Shown here: piece by piece, positions 54,242 through 64,000 of the stretch
Numbering within the stretch: the first letter of the stretch is position 1
How the letters are laid out: each line of letters opens with the position of its first letter
Source: an uncultured Myxococcales bacterium
Lineage (GTDB): Bacteria > Myxococcota_A > UBA9042 > CAIXZC01
Assembly (NCBI GenBank): GCA_964593355.1
Contig: CAZQHM010000014.1
Location: 1,269 to 65,268 of the forward strand
DNA: 64,000 bases
Direction of reading: 5' to 3'
Position numbers and translations under genes: made by a program
Notes under the pieces: generated by a model
The model's database searches: none
Seen by the model: the letters and a program-made list of their open reading frames with translations, nothing else
Told to the model about the DNA's origin: nothing

Positions 54242-56548
54242 CTACCGAATCGTGGGGAGGCTCTTCTGGAGTTCTGAGAGGTCGGGCTTCTGGGCGGCGG
54301 TCTCCTGGGCGTCAACCCAGCGGGTTTCGAGGTCACCCAGAGCGATGCCGGACTCTTGGCGGAGGAAGAAGGGGATCTTGTGTTCAGGGGCATCCACGGT
54401 GATGGTGGTCGGGCCTACGTGAAGTTCGGCGCTCCAGGCGTCAACCCAGTTCCCCTCGGGGATAAGCACTTCCCGCTGATACTGGCCCGTTTGCCAGACC
54501 GGAGCTACCAGGATGTCGGGGCCGAAGAGGTACTGGTCCCACGCCTCCATGTAGGCAGCATCGCCGGGTTTCAGGAAGAACATGGGGCGGATAATGGGGG
54601 TGCCGTCGGTGTGTGCTTTAAGGGCCTGGGCATAGATATAGTCAAGCAGATCCATGTGGATATTTGCGTATAGTATATACTCGGCGATCAGCTGCTCGTT
54701 ATACTGAGGCTCGAAGTGGTAACCATCCCAGTTGACCTTTGCGTCGACGCCATCTTCAGGCCAGGACCAGAAGGCCACGTTGTCGGTGGGGCCCACCTCC
54801 ATGATGGGTGAGAAGGCCGAGAAGCCCAGCCACCGGCTGCAGACCTCTTGAGGCGCCGTCCCGCCATAGCCGCAGGTATCGCTGCCCCAGATTGGGTAGT
54901 TCATGGTTGCGCAGCGTTGCTGGGCGATGATGGCTGAGCGCAGGCCGTGTTGTGTGGGGGCTGTGTCGCCTCCCCAGGGGGTAGCGTAGTGCGAGGTGGT
55001 TCTCCAGCCTGCCCTGGGCATCACCACTCCGTCGGGAACGCCGGCCCTCTCGAATGCTTCCCGGACGGTCTTGGCGTAGAGGGCGACGTAGGCGTTGTGC
55101 ATCTCCCGGTAGTCTCGGCCATCGTGGACAGTACCCGTGAAGAGCTTTCCGTCGGGGTTCTTCTCTTCGCCCCGGTCCAGCTTGAATCCGGCTACCCCAT
55201 CCTTGATGAGGGGAATCATGGCGTCTTGCCACCAGGTTCTGGCCTCGGGGTTGGTCAGGTCCAGCATCTTGGCTTCCGGGGGCCCCGCCAGGGGGTTGGG
55301 GTTCTGGTAGACGTAGCCCTTCTCTACGGCTTCCGTGGCCATTTCGCCCACTGCCCAGGGGCATATCCAGAGCATGAACTTGATTCCTTTGTCTGAGAGC
55401 CAATTGATCATGGCCTGGGGGTTGGGCAGCCGATTTTCGTCGTACTTGAAGTCATCGTAGCCAAAAGATCCGGGGCCCCATGGGCGGTCCACCCAGTAGA
55501 CGGTGGTAGGAATTCCGAAGGCTTCCATCATGAGGATGTCTTCGGCCACCATGCTGTTGAAGGGGCCATCGTAGGGCGTTCCGTCATAGAAGTAGGGCAG
55601 GTCGTAGTGGTCGTCCCGCCAGCGGTAGTGTCCCAGAGCCCATTTGGGCGGCATGGTTGTGGTGCCGGTTGCCAGGCTGAAACGCTCGACCACTTCCATG
55701 GGCGTCTGGCCGGGAAAGACTTGGAAGACCAACTCAGGGCCTTCGTAGTTGAGGGCTACTACATCGGGGTCGCTCTTGCCGAAGTCGTACTTCCCTGGCC
55801 AGTGGCTGTCCACATATATGCCGTAGCCGGCGGTGGAGACGAAGAAGGGCGAGTAGAGGGCGATGGTGGGCAGCACTTCCAGTTGGAAGGCCTGGCCTCG
55901 GAGGTTGAGGGCCTCGGTGGTGTTGGGGCTCCAGGAGGCATCTTGCGCACCTTGAACGACCCGTTCCATGATGCCGGAGAAACCTTCCTCGGGCGTTACG
56001 ACGAGGTTTGCCAGCAGCCTCTCTTTGGGCAGCATGTCATCAATGCGCATGGCCACTTCCATGGCACCGTGGGGACGGGGGCGCAGGGTGACGGAGGCAG
56101 ACCTTCCGTCGGCCAGCTCGAATTGGAAGGTTGTGGTCTGGCCATCCTGGGTGGTTGCCACGGGCGTTTCGAGCATGGACCTCTCACCCTGGGGATGAAG
56201 CAGCCCCAGGGCGCCTTTGCCGGCACCACCCAAAGAGAGCAACGTTCGCCCCTTGTGGGTGAAAACCAGGCGGAAGGGGTTCTGAAGAGTTTCGACCTCG
56301 ATTTCAACCTCGACGGGCTGCTCAGCATCGTGGTCCAGGGCATCGCCGTCAGCATCCTGGTCCAGGCCATCCCCTTGGGCATCATGCGGAAGGTCTGAGG
56401 CGGGCAGTTCTGTCGCCAGAGTGTCGCCGGAGCCCAGGTCGGCTTGCAGGTCTTGGTCGGGCGCTGGCTGCTGGTCAGACGAGGTGCCGCACGACGAGGC
56501 CAGCGCCAGCACCATGGGCAGAATAATAGAGACAAGAATATATCTCAT
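54242..56548 (-). CDS. Glycoside hydrolase family 31 lipoprotein (YicI-like alpha-glycosidase)
   Basis: Lipobox ASSC; MPPKWALG, VDRPW, nucleophile region GFKLDRGE, acid/base WGGD, WGSDTCGY, QYLFGPDILVAPV. Start trimmed to 56548. Confidence 0.9.
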   Translation of the reverse strand: MRYILVSIILPMVLALASSCGTSSDQQPAPDQDLQADLGSGDTLATELPASDLPHDAQGDGLDQDADGDALDHDAEQPVEVEIEVETLQNPFRLVFTHKGRTLLSLGGAGKGALGLLHPQGERSMLETPVATTQDGQTTTFQFELADGRSASVTLRPRPHGAMEVAMRIDDMLPKERLLANLVVTPEEGFSGIMERVVQGAQDASWSPNTTEALNLRGQAFQLEVLPTIALYSPFFVSTAGYGIYVDSHWPGKYDFGKSDPDVVALNYEGPELVFQVFPGQTPMEVVERFSLATGTTTMPPKWALGHYRWRDDHYDLPYFYDGTPYDGPFNSMVAEDILMMEAFGIPTTVYWVDRPWGPGSFGYDDFKYDENRLPNPQAMINWLSDKGIKFMLWICPWAVGEMATEAVEKGYVYQNPNPLAGPPEAKMLDLTNPEARTWWQDAMIPLIKDGVAGFKLDRGEEKNPDGKLFTGTVHDGRDYREMHNAYVALYAKTVREAFERAGVPDGVVMPRAGWRTTSHYATPWGGDTAPTQHGLRSAIIAQQRCATMNYPIWGSDTCGYGGTAPQEVCSRWLGFSAFSPIMEVGPTDNVAFWSWPEDGVDAKVNWDGYHFEPQYNEQLIAEYILYANIHMDLLDYIYAQALKAHTDGTPIIRPMFFLKPGDAAYMEAWDQYLFGPDILVAPVWQTGQYQREVLIPEGNWVDAWSAELHVGPTTITVDAPEHKIPFFLRQESGIALGDLETRWVDAQETAAQKPDLSELQKSLPTIR

Positions 56549-56580
56549 GATGCTCTCCAGATTGTGAAGCAGAAAGCTTA

Positions 56581-58011
56581 CTACAGTCTCATGAAGACGG
56601 CAAGGTACATGAAGTAGAGCGGGTCGGTTGTGGTGCGGTTGGGGAGGATGTTGACGAATGCAGCGCCGGCCTCGCCTGGCAGCAGTACACCACCGGTGAG
56701 CACGGTTTGGAAGAGGCCGTCGAGGGCGGTCACATCCACCACCAGTTCGTTCTCCCAGCCCACGAAGCTGCTGTCCATGCTGTTCTTGGAGTTGAGGGTC
56801 ATGAGGCCAGCGGAGACGACGCCGACCTTCATCCATTTGAGGGTTTGCATGTAGAGGCCGATGTCTCCAGCGGCCATGCCCGGGGTCATTTCGTAGAAGA
56901 GGCCGTCGAAGATGCCGAGCTTCTCGTCGATGTTGTCACCGATGTCTCTGATGGTGTTTTCGTTGAGCAGGGAGGATTGACCGTTGCGTTTACCGGACCA
57001 GAGGAAGCCGCTGGCGTCGTTTCCTTCGTGTTCGTCGTCGGGGGAGAGGGCAACGAGATTGGCTTTGAGTTGGAAGCGACCGAAGTTCACGGCGGCAGCA
57101 GCGGAGGCAGCGTAGGCGGTGTGTCCGGTATCATCGCCGTTAGCGGCGAAGTTCTCCCGGTTGCCGAACTGAGCGAGGAGCGAGGCCGAGGCCATCCACT
57201 TGGGGTAGTTGGCCGAGAAGGTAGCAGCGAGGGTGCCTACGTTACGGACTCTGTTGATGACCGAGCCGTCTCTGATGAAGAAGAATCCAGCATCGAGGTT
57301 CATGTTGTCATTGAGTTGAAGGCGACCATCCACGGCCGCCAGCATGACATCATCGCCAAAGCTGCCCAGGTGCGTGGCCCCGAAGTCCCATCCTTCGAAG
57401 GTCTGGTCCGGGAGTTGGCCGATGCTGAGTTTGACGTGGCTCTTCTTCTCGCAGCCGTATCCGAATCGTGCGGCGCCCACCCAGTGGTCAATGAAGAGGC
57501 GGGAGGAGTCGGTGACCCGCTGGAAGCCTGCTTTGACGAAGAAGTCGCCAAGGCGGGTATGGCCCCAGATCTCTCGTTGTTTCATGGAGAGGCTGCGGTT
57601 GGACTTGCCGAGGCCGGCGTCGGGGGTGTTGTAGGACCAGAGGTCGGTGCCGATTTCGGTCTCGTAGTAGAACTTGAAGTAGTCACTTTTGGTGATGGTG
57701 ACTCGTGGCATGAGGAATGTTGCCAGGAATCCTTCGGACTGGTCGTACTCATTGTAGTAGGGGGAAGAGCGGTCGAAGTCGGCGTCGTTGCGATAGGTGA
57801 AGAGGTTGAGCAGTTCGAGGTTGAGGTTGACCTTCACGTCGTCGGCGAGGGTGCCTTTAAGGGTTGGTGGCACCAGTGGGACCTTCAACTCTTCGGTTTG
57901 CTCCACGTCGGCAGAGGGGGTCTCGTCTGCTGCGGGAGCTTCGTGGGCGTAGCCATTGAAGGCTACGGTGGCGAGCAGAGCGGACAGGGCGATAGTGGTA
58001 ATCTTTTTCAT
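56581..58011 (-). CDS. Putative outer-membrane beta-barrel (alginate-export/porin-like)
   Basis: Sec signal peptide MKKITTIALSALLATVAFNGYA; amphipathic strands; C-terminal YLAVFMRL. Confidence 0.7.
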   Translation of the reverse strand: MKKITTIALSALLATVAFNGYAHEAPAADETPSADVEQTEELKVPLVPPTLKGTLADDVKVNLNLELLNLFTYRNDADFDRSSPYYNEYDQSEGFLATFLMPRVTITKSDYFKFYYETEIGTDLWSYNTPDAGLGKSNRSLSMKQREIWGHTRLGDFFVKAGFQRVTDSSRLFIDHWVGAARFGYGCEKKSHVKLSIGQLPDQTFEGWDFGATHLGSFGDDVMLAAVDGRLQLNDNMNLDAGFFFIRDGSVINRVRNVGTLAATFSANYPKWMASASLLAQFGNRENFAANGDDTGHTAYAASAAAAVNFGRFQLKANLVALSPDDEHEGNDASGFLWSGKRNGQSSLLNENTIRDIGDNIDEKLGIFDGLFYEMTPGMAAGDIGLYMQTLKWMKVGVVSAGLMTLNSKNSMDSSFVGWENELVVDVTALDGLFQTVLTGGVLLPGEAGAAFVNILPNRTTTDPLYFMYLAVFMRL

Positions 58012-58022
58012 CGTTGTCCTCC

Positions 58023-60674
58023 CTATTTCCTGTCGCCCTGGACCTTGCGGCCCTGGAAGTCGAAGAAGTAGCTCCAGCCTACGGTTTCGCGACCCTCTTG
58101 CGGTGGTCTGATTGTGACCTCGTGTTTCCAGCCGGGCTGGTCTTTGGTGGGGAAGTAGTAGAGGGTGTTCTTCTCGTGGTCGAACTTGGCCCAGCCGTCT
58201 GAGAGCCAGACATAGAAGCCGTCGGGGTACTGGATCTTGGGCACGTAGATTTCCGTGGGCTTGTCGCTCTCTTTGGAGCCGAAGGCCAGGTAGAATTCTC
58301 TCCAGGCATCGAGTTCTCCCTTATCGGGATCATAGTAGTGGTAGTCGGAGTTGAAGCGGAGTTCGATGGGCTTGCCGCTGAGAATCCAGGGTTTGGGACG
58401 TGCCCAGGCTCGCTCGCCACGGGTTCGCTGCTGGCCCTTGTCATCGGCTCCCCAGATTGAGAAGTCTTCGAAGTTCCAGAGGTCGCCTTTGCGCCACTCG
58501 TTGTGGGCGCTGAAGCACCAGAGCAGGTTGGGGGCAAAGAATTTCTCGAAGGTCTCGTAGTAGTTGTCCAGAATCTCCGCAGAAATGCGATAGTCGTTCT
58601 CCACGGACCAATCCCAGTCATTGTAATTGTAATAGGTGCCGAATTCGCCGAAGACCACGGGCACGGGGCCGAAGGTTCCATTGACCGAGTCGTACTTGGC
58701 CTGGATGTCGGGAGTAAAGTCCCGGAGGATCCACTCCTCCACTTCGAAGTAGCGGGGTGGCTCGTTGAAGCCGAAGTAGGGGTAGATGTCGGGATACCAG
58801 TGGGGGGTATAGACCATGTTCTTGATGCCTTCGGGCTTCCAGAGGTTGGTGGTGCCCAGGCCGAGGCTGTCCAGGGCTCCGCCGCCCTCTTCGAGCCAGA
58901 TGATGGCGTTGGGATCTTCGTCTTGGATTGCGGTGCCCACCAGGTCATAGAGTTGCACGAGGATCCAGGTGAAGTTGAGGTTGAGGTCGAGGACGCCACC
59001 CAGGTTCATGTCGTTCATGCGGTAGGTCTCTTTGGTCTGCTCGATGAAGTCGGCGTAGAAGGCGTCGTTGTAGCAGACCTCCGTGAGGCACTTATCGATA
59101 TCGGCCCGGTCTGCGGTGTAATCCAGGGCCCCCACGGCGAACTTGGGGCACAGCTTGGTCAGGCAGGCGTCCTCAAGCTTCAGCGACCCCACGGCGCACA
59201 TGGAGAGCAGGTCGCTGTCACTTGGGAAGATTGCGGTGCCGTCGGGCTTCTTCTGATTGGGCTTGCATATCTCAGCGTTAGCCGTCTTGAACGCGTTGTA
59301 TTTCTTGCCGTTACCTTTTATGTAATCCTTCACGAAGTAATCTCTGGGCGGCACCAGGGGGATGAGGTTGAGGCTGAAGATGAGGCGATACACGGCAGCG
59401 CCCAGTTCTTCGCCGACGAGGCCGGTGAGGAGGTTCTCGACGGCCCCGAGGTTGAAGTCCGAGCCGTAGTAGATGGCAGCGGCAGCGATGGCGAGGAAGC
59501 CTCCTGGGGGCTCGTTGATGAGGTCGTAGCCCACGACGTTGGGGTACTTCTTGACTCTCTTGACCACCTCGAGCCAGGAGTTTTTGTATGCATCCTGGAG
59601 ATACTGCTTAATATTCAAAGTCTCGCCATCAACATCGAAGGTATAGCTTGGAAAGACGACATCGCCGGCGAAAAAGGCAGCATAGCAGCGTTCCACATCA
59701 TAAGATACGAGCACGTTATTCCACCAGTTGGTAAGCGGGAGAACGTCGCAGGACTGGTGGGGTTCGAAGGGTGTGAGTGCCGGGTCGGCCCCCTCCATTT
59801 TATCAATCATTTCGAGTACGTATTCCTCGAGGCTCTGTTCCTCCACCACGTCTTCGGGTTTCGGGGCCTTGGGGTCGTCGGTGTTGAGACCGGCGATGAG
59901 GGGTGAGTCGAGGATGGTGGTGACGAAGCCGAGGATCTGGAAGAACCAGAAGCCTCCGTCGAGTTTCTTGCTGAGGCGTCCCAGGAGTTTGTTCATACCC
60001 CAATGGATGGAGTCGATGTCTTTCTCTGGGAGGCAGGCCTCCACGGCCCATCTGGGGGCTCCGTCGCCGCCCACTCTGGAGTCGAAGCTGAGGTCGGCTT
60101 TGCGGGGGAAGAGGCTTGAGAGCATATACTCGATGCTGCCTGGCTGACCGACGTCAGGCACCCGGTTGAAGTTTGAATATAAAAATCGGCTAAATAAGTT
60201 CTCATGGAAATTAATTAGCATATAAATGCCATGATCGTTAGCCTTGGATACCAGCTGTTCCACGTAGTTGAGATATTCCGTATCATAAATACCGCGACCT
60301 TCATGTTCAATGGCTTCCCAAAGGATGACAAGGCGGATGGTATTGAAGCCCCACTCATACTTGAGGCGTTTGAACCAGTAGTCGGCCTCTTCGATGGGGA
60401 AGGGGCGTCCGACGAAGGTGATAGGTTCGCCCCTGGGGTCATCATCGGGAGCGGGGGTCATGGGCAGCTTGTTGGTTCCGCCGACGTTGATGCCGCTGAG
60501 ATAGACGTAGCGGTTGAACTCGTCCCGGAAGTAGGTTCTGTCCACTCGTAGTCTTGACGTGCCCGTGGCAGAGTAGTCCTCGGCGGGGACCTCTTTCTGG
60601 CCTCCAGGAACGATAGTCTCGGTGCATGCGCCCAGAAGCGCCAGCCCAAGCAGGGCAAGTAGCAAGCGTCTCAT
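58023..60674 (-). CDS. Glycoside hydrolase family 5 lipoprotein, endoglycoceramidase/glucosylceramidase-like
   Basis: Lipobox LGAC; RLVILWEAIEHEGRGIYD.EYL, GGDGAPRW, acid/base YDLINEP, YTPHWY, nucleophile FGEFG; large insertions. Start trimmed to 60674. Confidence 0.85.
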   Translation of the reverse strand: MRRLLLALLGLALLGACTETIVPGGQKEVPAEDYSATGTSRLRVDRTYFRDEFNRYVYLSGINVGGTNKLPMTPAPDDDPRGEPITFVGRPFPIEEADYWFKRLKYEWGFNTIRLVILWEAIEHEGRGIYDTEYLNYVEQLVSKANDHGIYMLINFHENLFSRFLYSNFNRVPDVGQPGSIEYMLSSLFPRKADLSFDSRVGGDGAPRWAVEACLPEKDIDSIHWGMNKLLGRLSKKLDGGFWFFQILGFVTTILDSPLIAGLNTDDPKAPKPEDVVEEQSLEEYVLEMIDKMEGADPALTPFEPHQSCDVLPLTNWWNNVLVSYDVERCYAAFFAGDVVFPSYTFDVDGETLNIKQYLQDAYKNSWLEVVKRVKKYPNVVGYDLINEPPGGFLAIAAAAIYYGSDFNLGAVENLLTGLVGEELGAAVYRLIFSLNLIPLVPPRDYFVKDYIKGNGKKYNAFKTANAEICKPNQKKPDGTAIFPSDSDLLSMCAVGSLKLEDACLTKLCPKFAVGALDYTADRADIDKCLTEVCYNDAFYADFIEQTKETYRMNDMNLGGVLDLNLNFTWILVQLYDLVGTAIQDEDPNAIIWLEEGGGALDSLGLGTTNLWKPEGIKNMVYTPHWYPDIYPYFGFNEPPRYFEVEEWILRDFTPDIQAKYDSVNGTFGPVPVVFGEFGTYYNYNDWDWSVENDYRISAEILDNYYETFEKFFAPNLLWCFSAHNEWRKGDLWNFEDFSIWGADDKGQQRTRGERAWARPKPWILSGKPIELRFNSDYHYYDPDKGELDAWREFYLAFGSKESDKPTEIYVPKIQYPDGFYVWLSDGWAKFDHEKNTLYYFPTKDQPGWKHEVTIRPPQEGRETVGWSYFFDFQGRKVQGDRK

Positions 60675-60905
60675 CAGACCTCCCAAGGGATACGGGTGTT
60701 CTCCACAGCGGCCCAAACGCGGCAGCGGCTGTCAGATGAGCGCATCGTAGATGAAAGCAGGGGGGAGATCAATACAAAGCGTTGGCATGTTCCAGGGGCC
60801 AAATTCGGGGGAAATGCTGCCGGGTGTATGCGGGGGTGGAGGGTGATTTAGTCGCCTGGTCTCTGGAAATAGTCCCGGTTTCCTGGTCCCTGAGGGGGGA
60901 ACGCA

Positions 60906-62390
60906 TCACTCGAACTGGAAGTCCCGGTTTCTGAAGAGGTCCAGGGCCGCTGCCGTGACGTCGGGGTCGTAGAGGCGCCCCGAGTTGGTGCCAATCTCAT
61001 GGAGAGCGGCCTCCAGGCCCAAGGCCGGTCGGTAAGGACGGTGCGACGCCATGGCTTCGACGACATCGGCCACGGCGATGATGCGGGCGCCGATTTCAAT
61101 CTGCTCCCCCGGCAGACCGCCGGGGTATCCCGAGCCGTCGCAGCGTTCGTGGTGTTGCAGCACCATGGCCGCTACGGGCCAGGGGAATTGTATAGAGCGA
61201 ACAATCTCGCTTCCTTGTTCGGAGTGGGTTTTGATGAGGGTGAATTCTATAGGAGAGAGTCGTCCGGGTTTTGAGAGCAGTTCTGCAGGGACGGCGATTT
61301 TGCCGATGTCGTGGACCATACCAGCCCAGCGGAGGCCGTCGGTGAGGTCGGGGTCCAGGCCAAGGGCTCTACCGATTGCGACGGAGAGGGAAGCGACGCG
61401 TCGCTGGTGGCCGGCGGTGTAGGGGTCTCGCATCTCAACGGTCATGGCCATGGCTTGGACGGTACCCTCCATGACCGTCCTGACCTTGAGAAGGCTCTCA
61501 CTAAGGTCCCGTTGGGCCTGTCGCAGGTCAGAGATGTTGTGGACGACCACGAGCAGGGCCTTCCTGCCTTTGTGCCTGATGACCGAGGCGTTGACCCTGA
61601 CGTCGATGGCGCTTCCATCGCGGCGCAGGTGGGTCGTCTCGAAATCTGAGAGGAGTCCTGCCAGCATCAGCTCACGAATCTTCTGTTCGCCGCGTGGCAC
61701 GTCTCTGGTGAAGTCCTTGAAGCTGAGGCCAAGCATCTGGCTTTGGTTCAGGCCATAAGTAGTGCAGGCCCTCGAGTTGGCCTGGAGGATGAGTTCGCTG
61801 GCGGGGTCCAGGATGAAAACGGCGTCGTTGAAGTTCTCCAGCAGGGTATCGTAGTCCATGCGGGCTTCGGAGAGTTGGTGTGGGGCCGAGTGTTCGAACT
61901 GAACTTTGTGGACCAGCACCAGGACCATGGTCTCGGAGCGAAACGGGTTCATAAGGGGCAGGTAGCCGGCTTCATAATGGGCTCCGGAGCCAGTGTTTCT
62001 GCCACTGCCGACCATGGGCCATTGCCAGATGGGCTGGCCTGTGGTGAGCACCCTCCGGGCAGGTTGTTCGACGGTGGCGGCATATTTCGGCAGGACCTCG
62101 GCGACGGTGCGACCAATATGGTCGGCAACTGGGATACCGTTGAGGCCGGCCAGGGCCTCGTTGAGCCAGACGTACTGGAGGCCGGCGTCGAGGAGGCAGA
62201 CGCCCACGGGCAAATCTCCGAAGATGGCCTGAAGGATGCTCCTGAAGCCGCTCTCGCGCCCGGGCGAGGCGGACATGGCGTGCAGCAACTGGCCGTAGCG
62301 TCGTTCGATTTCGAGCAGCTCGTCCAGGCGCTCTCTGGGAAGCTCCGGGCTCTCCCACTGCTTGCCGGTGCTGCCTTTGTCGTTGCTCAT
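60906..62390 (-). CDS. PAS-PAS-HD-GYP cyclic dinucleotide phosphodiesterase
   Basis: Two PAS domains; RDPYTAGHQRRV, HDIGK, HHERCDGSGYP, IIAVADVVEAM..HRPYR. Confidence 0.92.
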   Translation of the reverse strand: MSNDKGSTGKQWESPELPRERLDELLEIERRYGQLLHAMSASPGRESGFRSILQAIFGDLPVGVCLLDAGLQYVWLNEALAGLNGIPVADHIGRTVAEVLPKYAATVEQPARRVLTTGQPIWQWPMVGSGRNTGSGAHYEAGYLPLMNPFRSETMVLVLVHKVQFEHSAPHQLSEARMDYDTLLENFNDAVFILDPASELILQANSRACTTYGLNQSQMLGLSFKDFTRDVPRGEQKIRELMLAGLLSDFETTHLRRDGSAIDVRVNASVIRHKGRKALLVVVHNISDLRQAQRDLSESLLKVRTVMEGTVQAMAMTVEMRDPYTAGHQRRVASLSVAIGRALGLDPDLTDGLRWAGMVHDIGKIAVPAELLSKPGRLSPIEFTLIKTHSEQGSEIVRSIQFPWPVAAMVLQHHERCDGSGYPGGLPGEQIEIGARIIAVADVVEAMASHRPYRPALGLEAALHEIGTNSGRLYDPDVTAAALDLFRNRDFQFE

Positions 62391-62638
62391 GGCCCCTCAA
62401 CGAGTAATGGGCTAAGCCCTGACCATTGCTTCCACCGGCGTGCAGTCGCTGCGATTGAGACGCCAGCACGGCCACTGGTCTGCGAGGCTCCAGGGATGCC
62501 CATGCAGACGCCCTGGGAGGCCCTCTCCAGCCCGGCGAGTGTAACCTCTGCGTGCCGAACCGCCAAACCATATTTGCTTGACAGTACACGGGCGGACTGC
62601 TTTAACGCCGCGCGGTTCATTGCCGGGGCCTATGGTAG

Positions 62639-64000
<1,362 letters not shown>

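Overview
A GC-rich bacterial chromosomal segment from a diderm, probably anaerobic organism. The many lipobox proteins, Hanks-type kinase, VIT-vWA protein, parallel beta-helix lipoproteins and LolA-like/ABC operon suggest a Myxococcota/deltaproteobacterial lineage (inference). About 30 credible CDS are present; most other ORFs in the track are antisense or shifted-frame shadows. I found no rRNA, tRNA, CRISPR array, integrase or transposase. Left to right: argS (truncated); a PHP-like/membrane protein; a gatE-gatD-HAD operon; two nitrogenase component-1-like genes; a five-gene ABC/LolA-like/outer-membrane-barrel operon; a lipoate ligase-like gene; two lipoproteins; ygeY-ygeW; nrdD-nrdG; VIT-vWA; DUF192; a metallopeptidase lipoprotein; a glutaryl-CoA dehydrogenase plus 2-oxoacid:ferredoxin oxidoreductase operon; a low-GC orphan; three beta-helix lipoprotein paralogs around a Ser/Thr kinase; a GH5-barrel-GH31 operon; a PAS/HD-GYP protein; and PFOR (truncated). 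Top leads: (1) an intact archaeal-type GatDE tRNA-dependent amidotransferase in a bacterial context; (2) a NifH-less nitrogenase-like pair with a reduced Cys ligand set; (3) a candidate ferredoxin-dependent 2-oxoadipate to glutaryl-CoA route; (4) recurrent short AT-rich patches inside intact genes; (5) a PUL-like lipoprotein GH5/barrel/GH31 unit. All family assignments come from manual motif recognition, not database searches.
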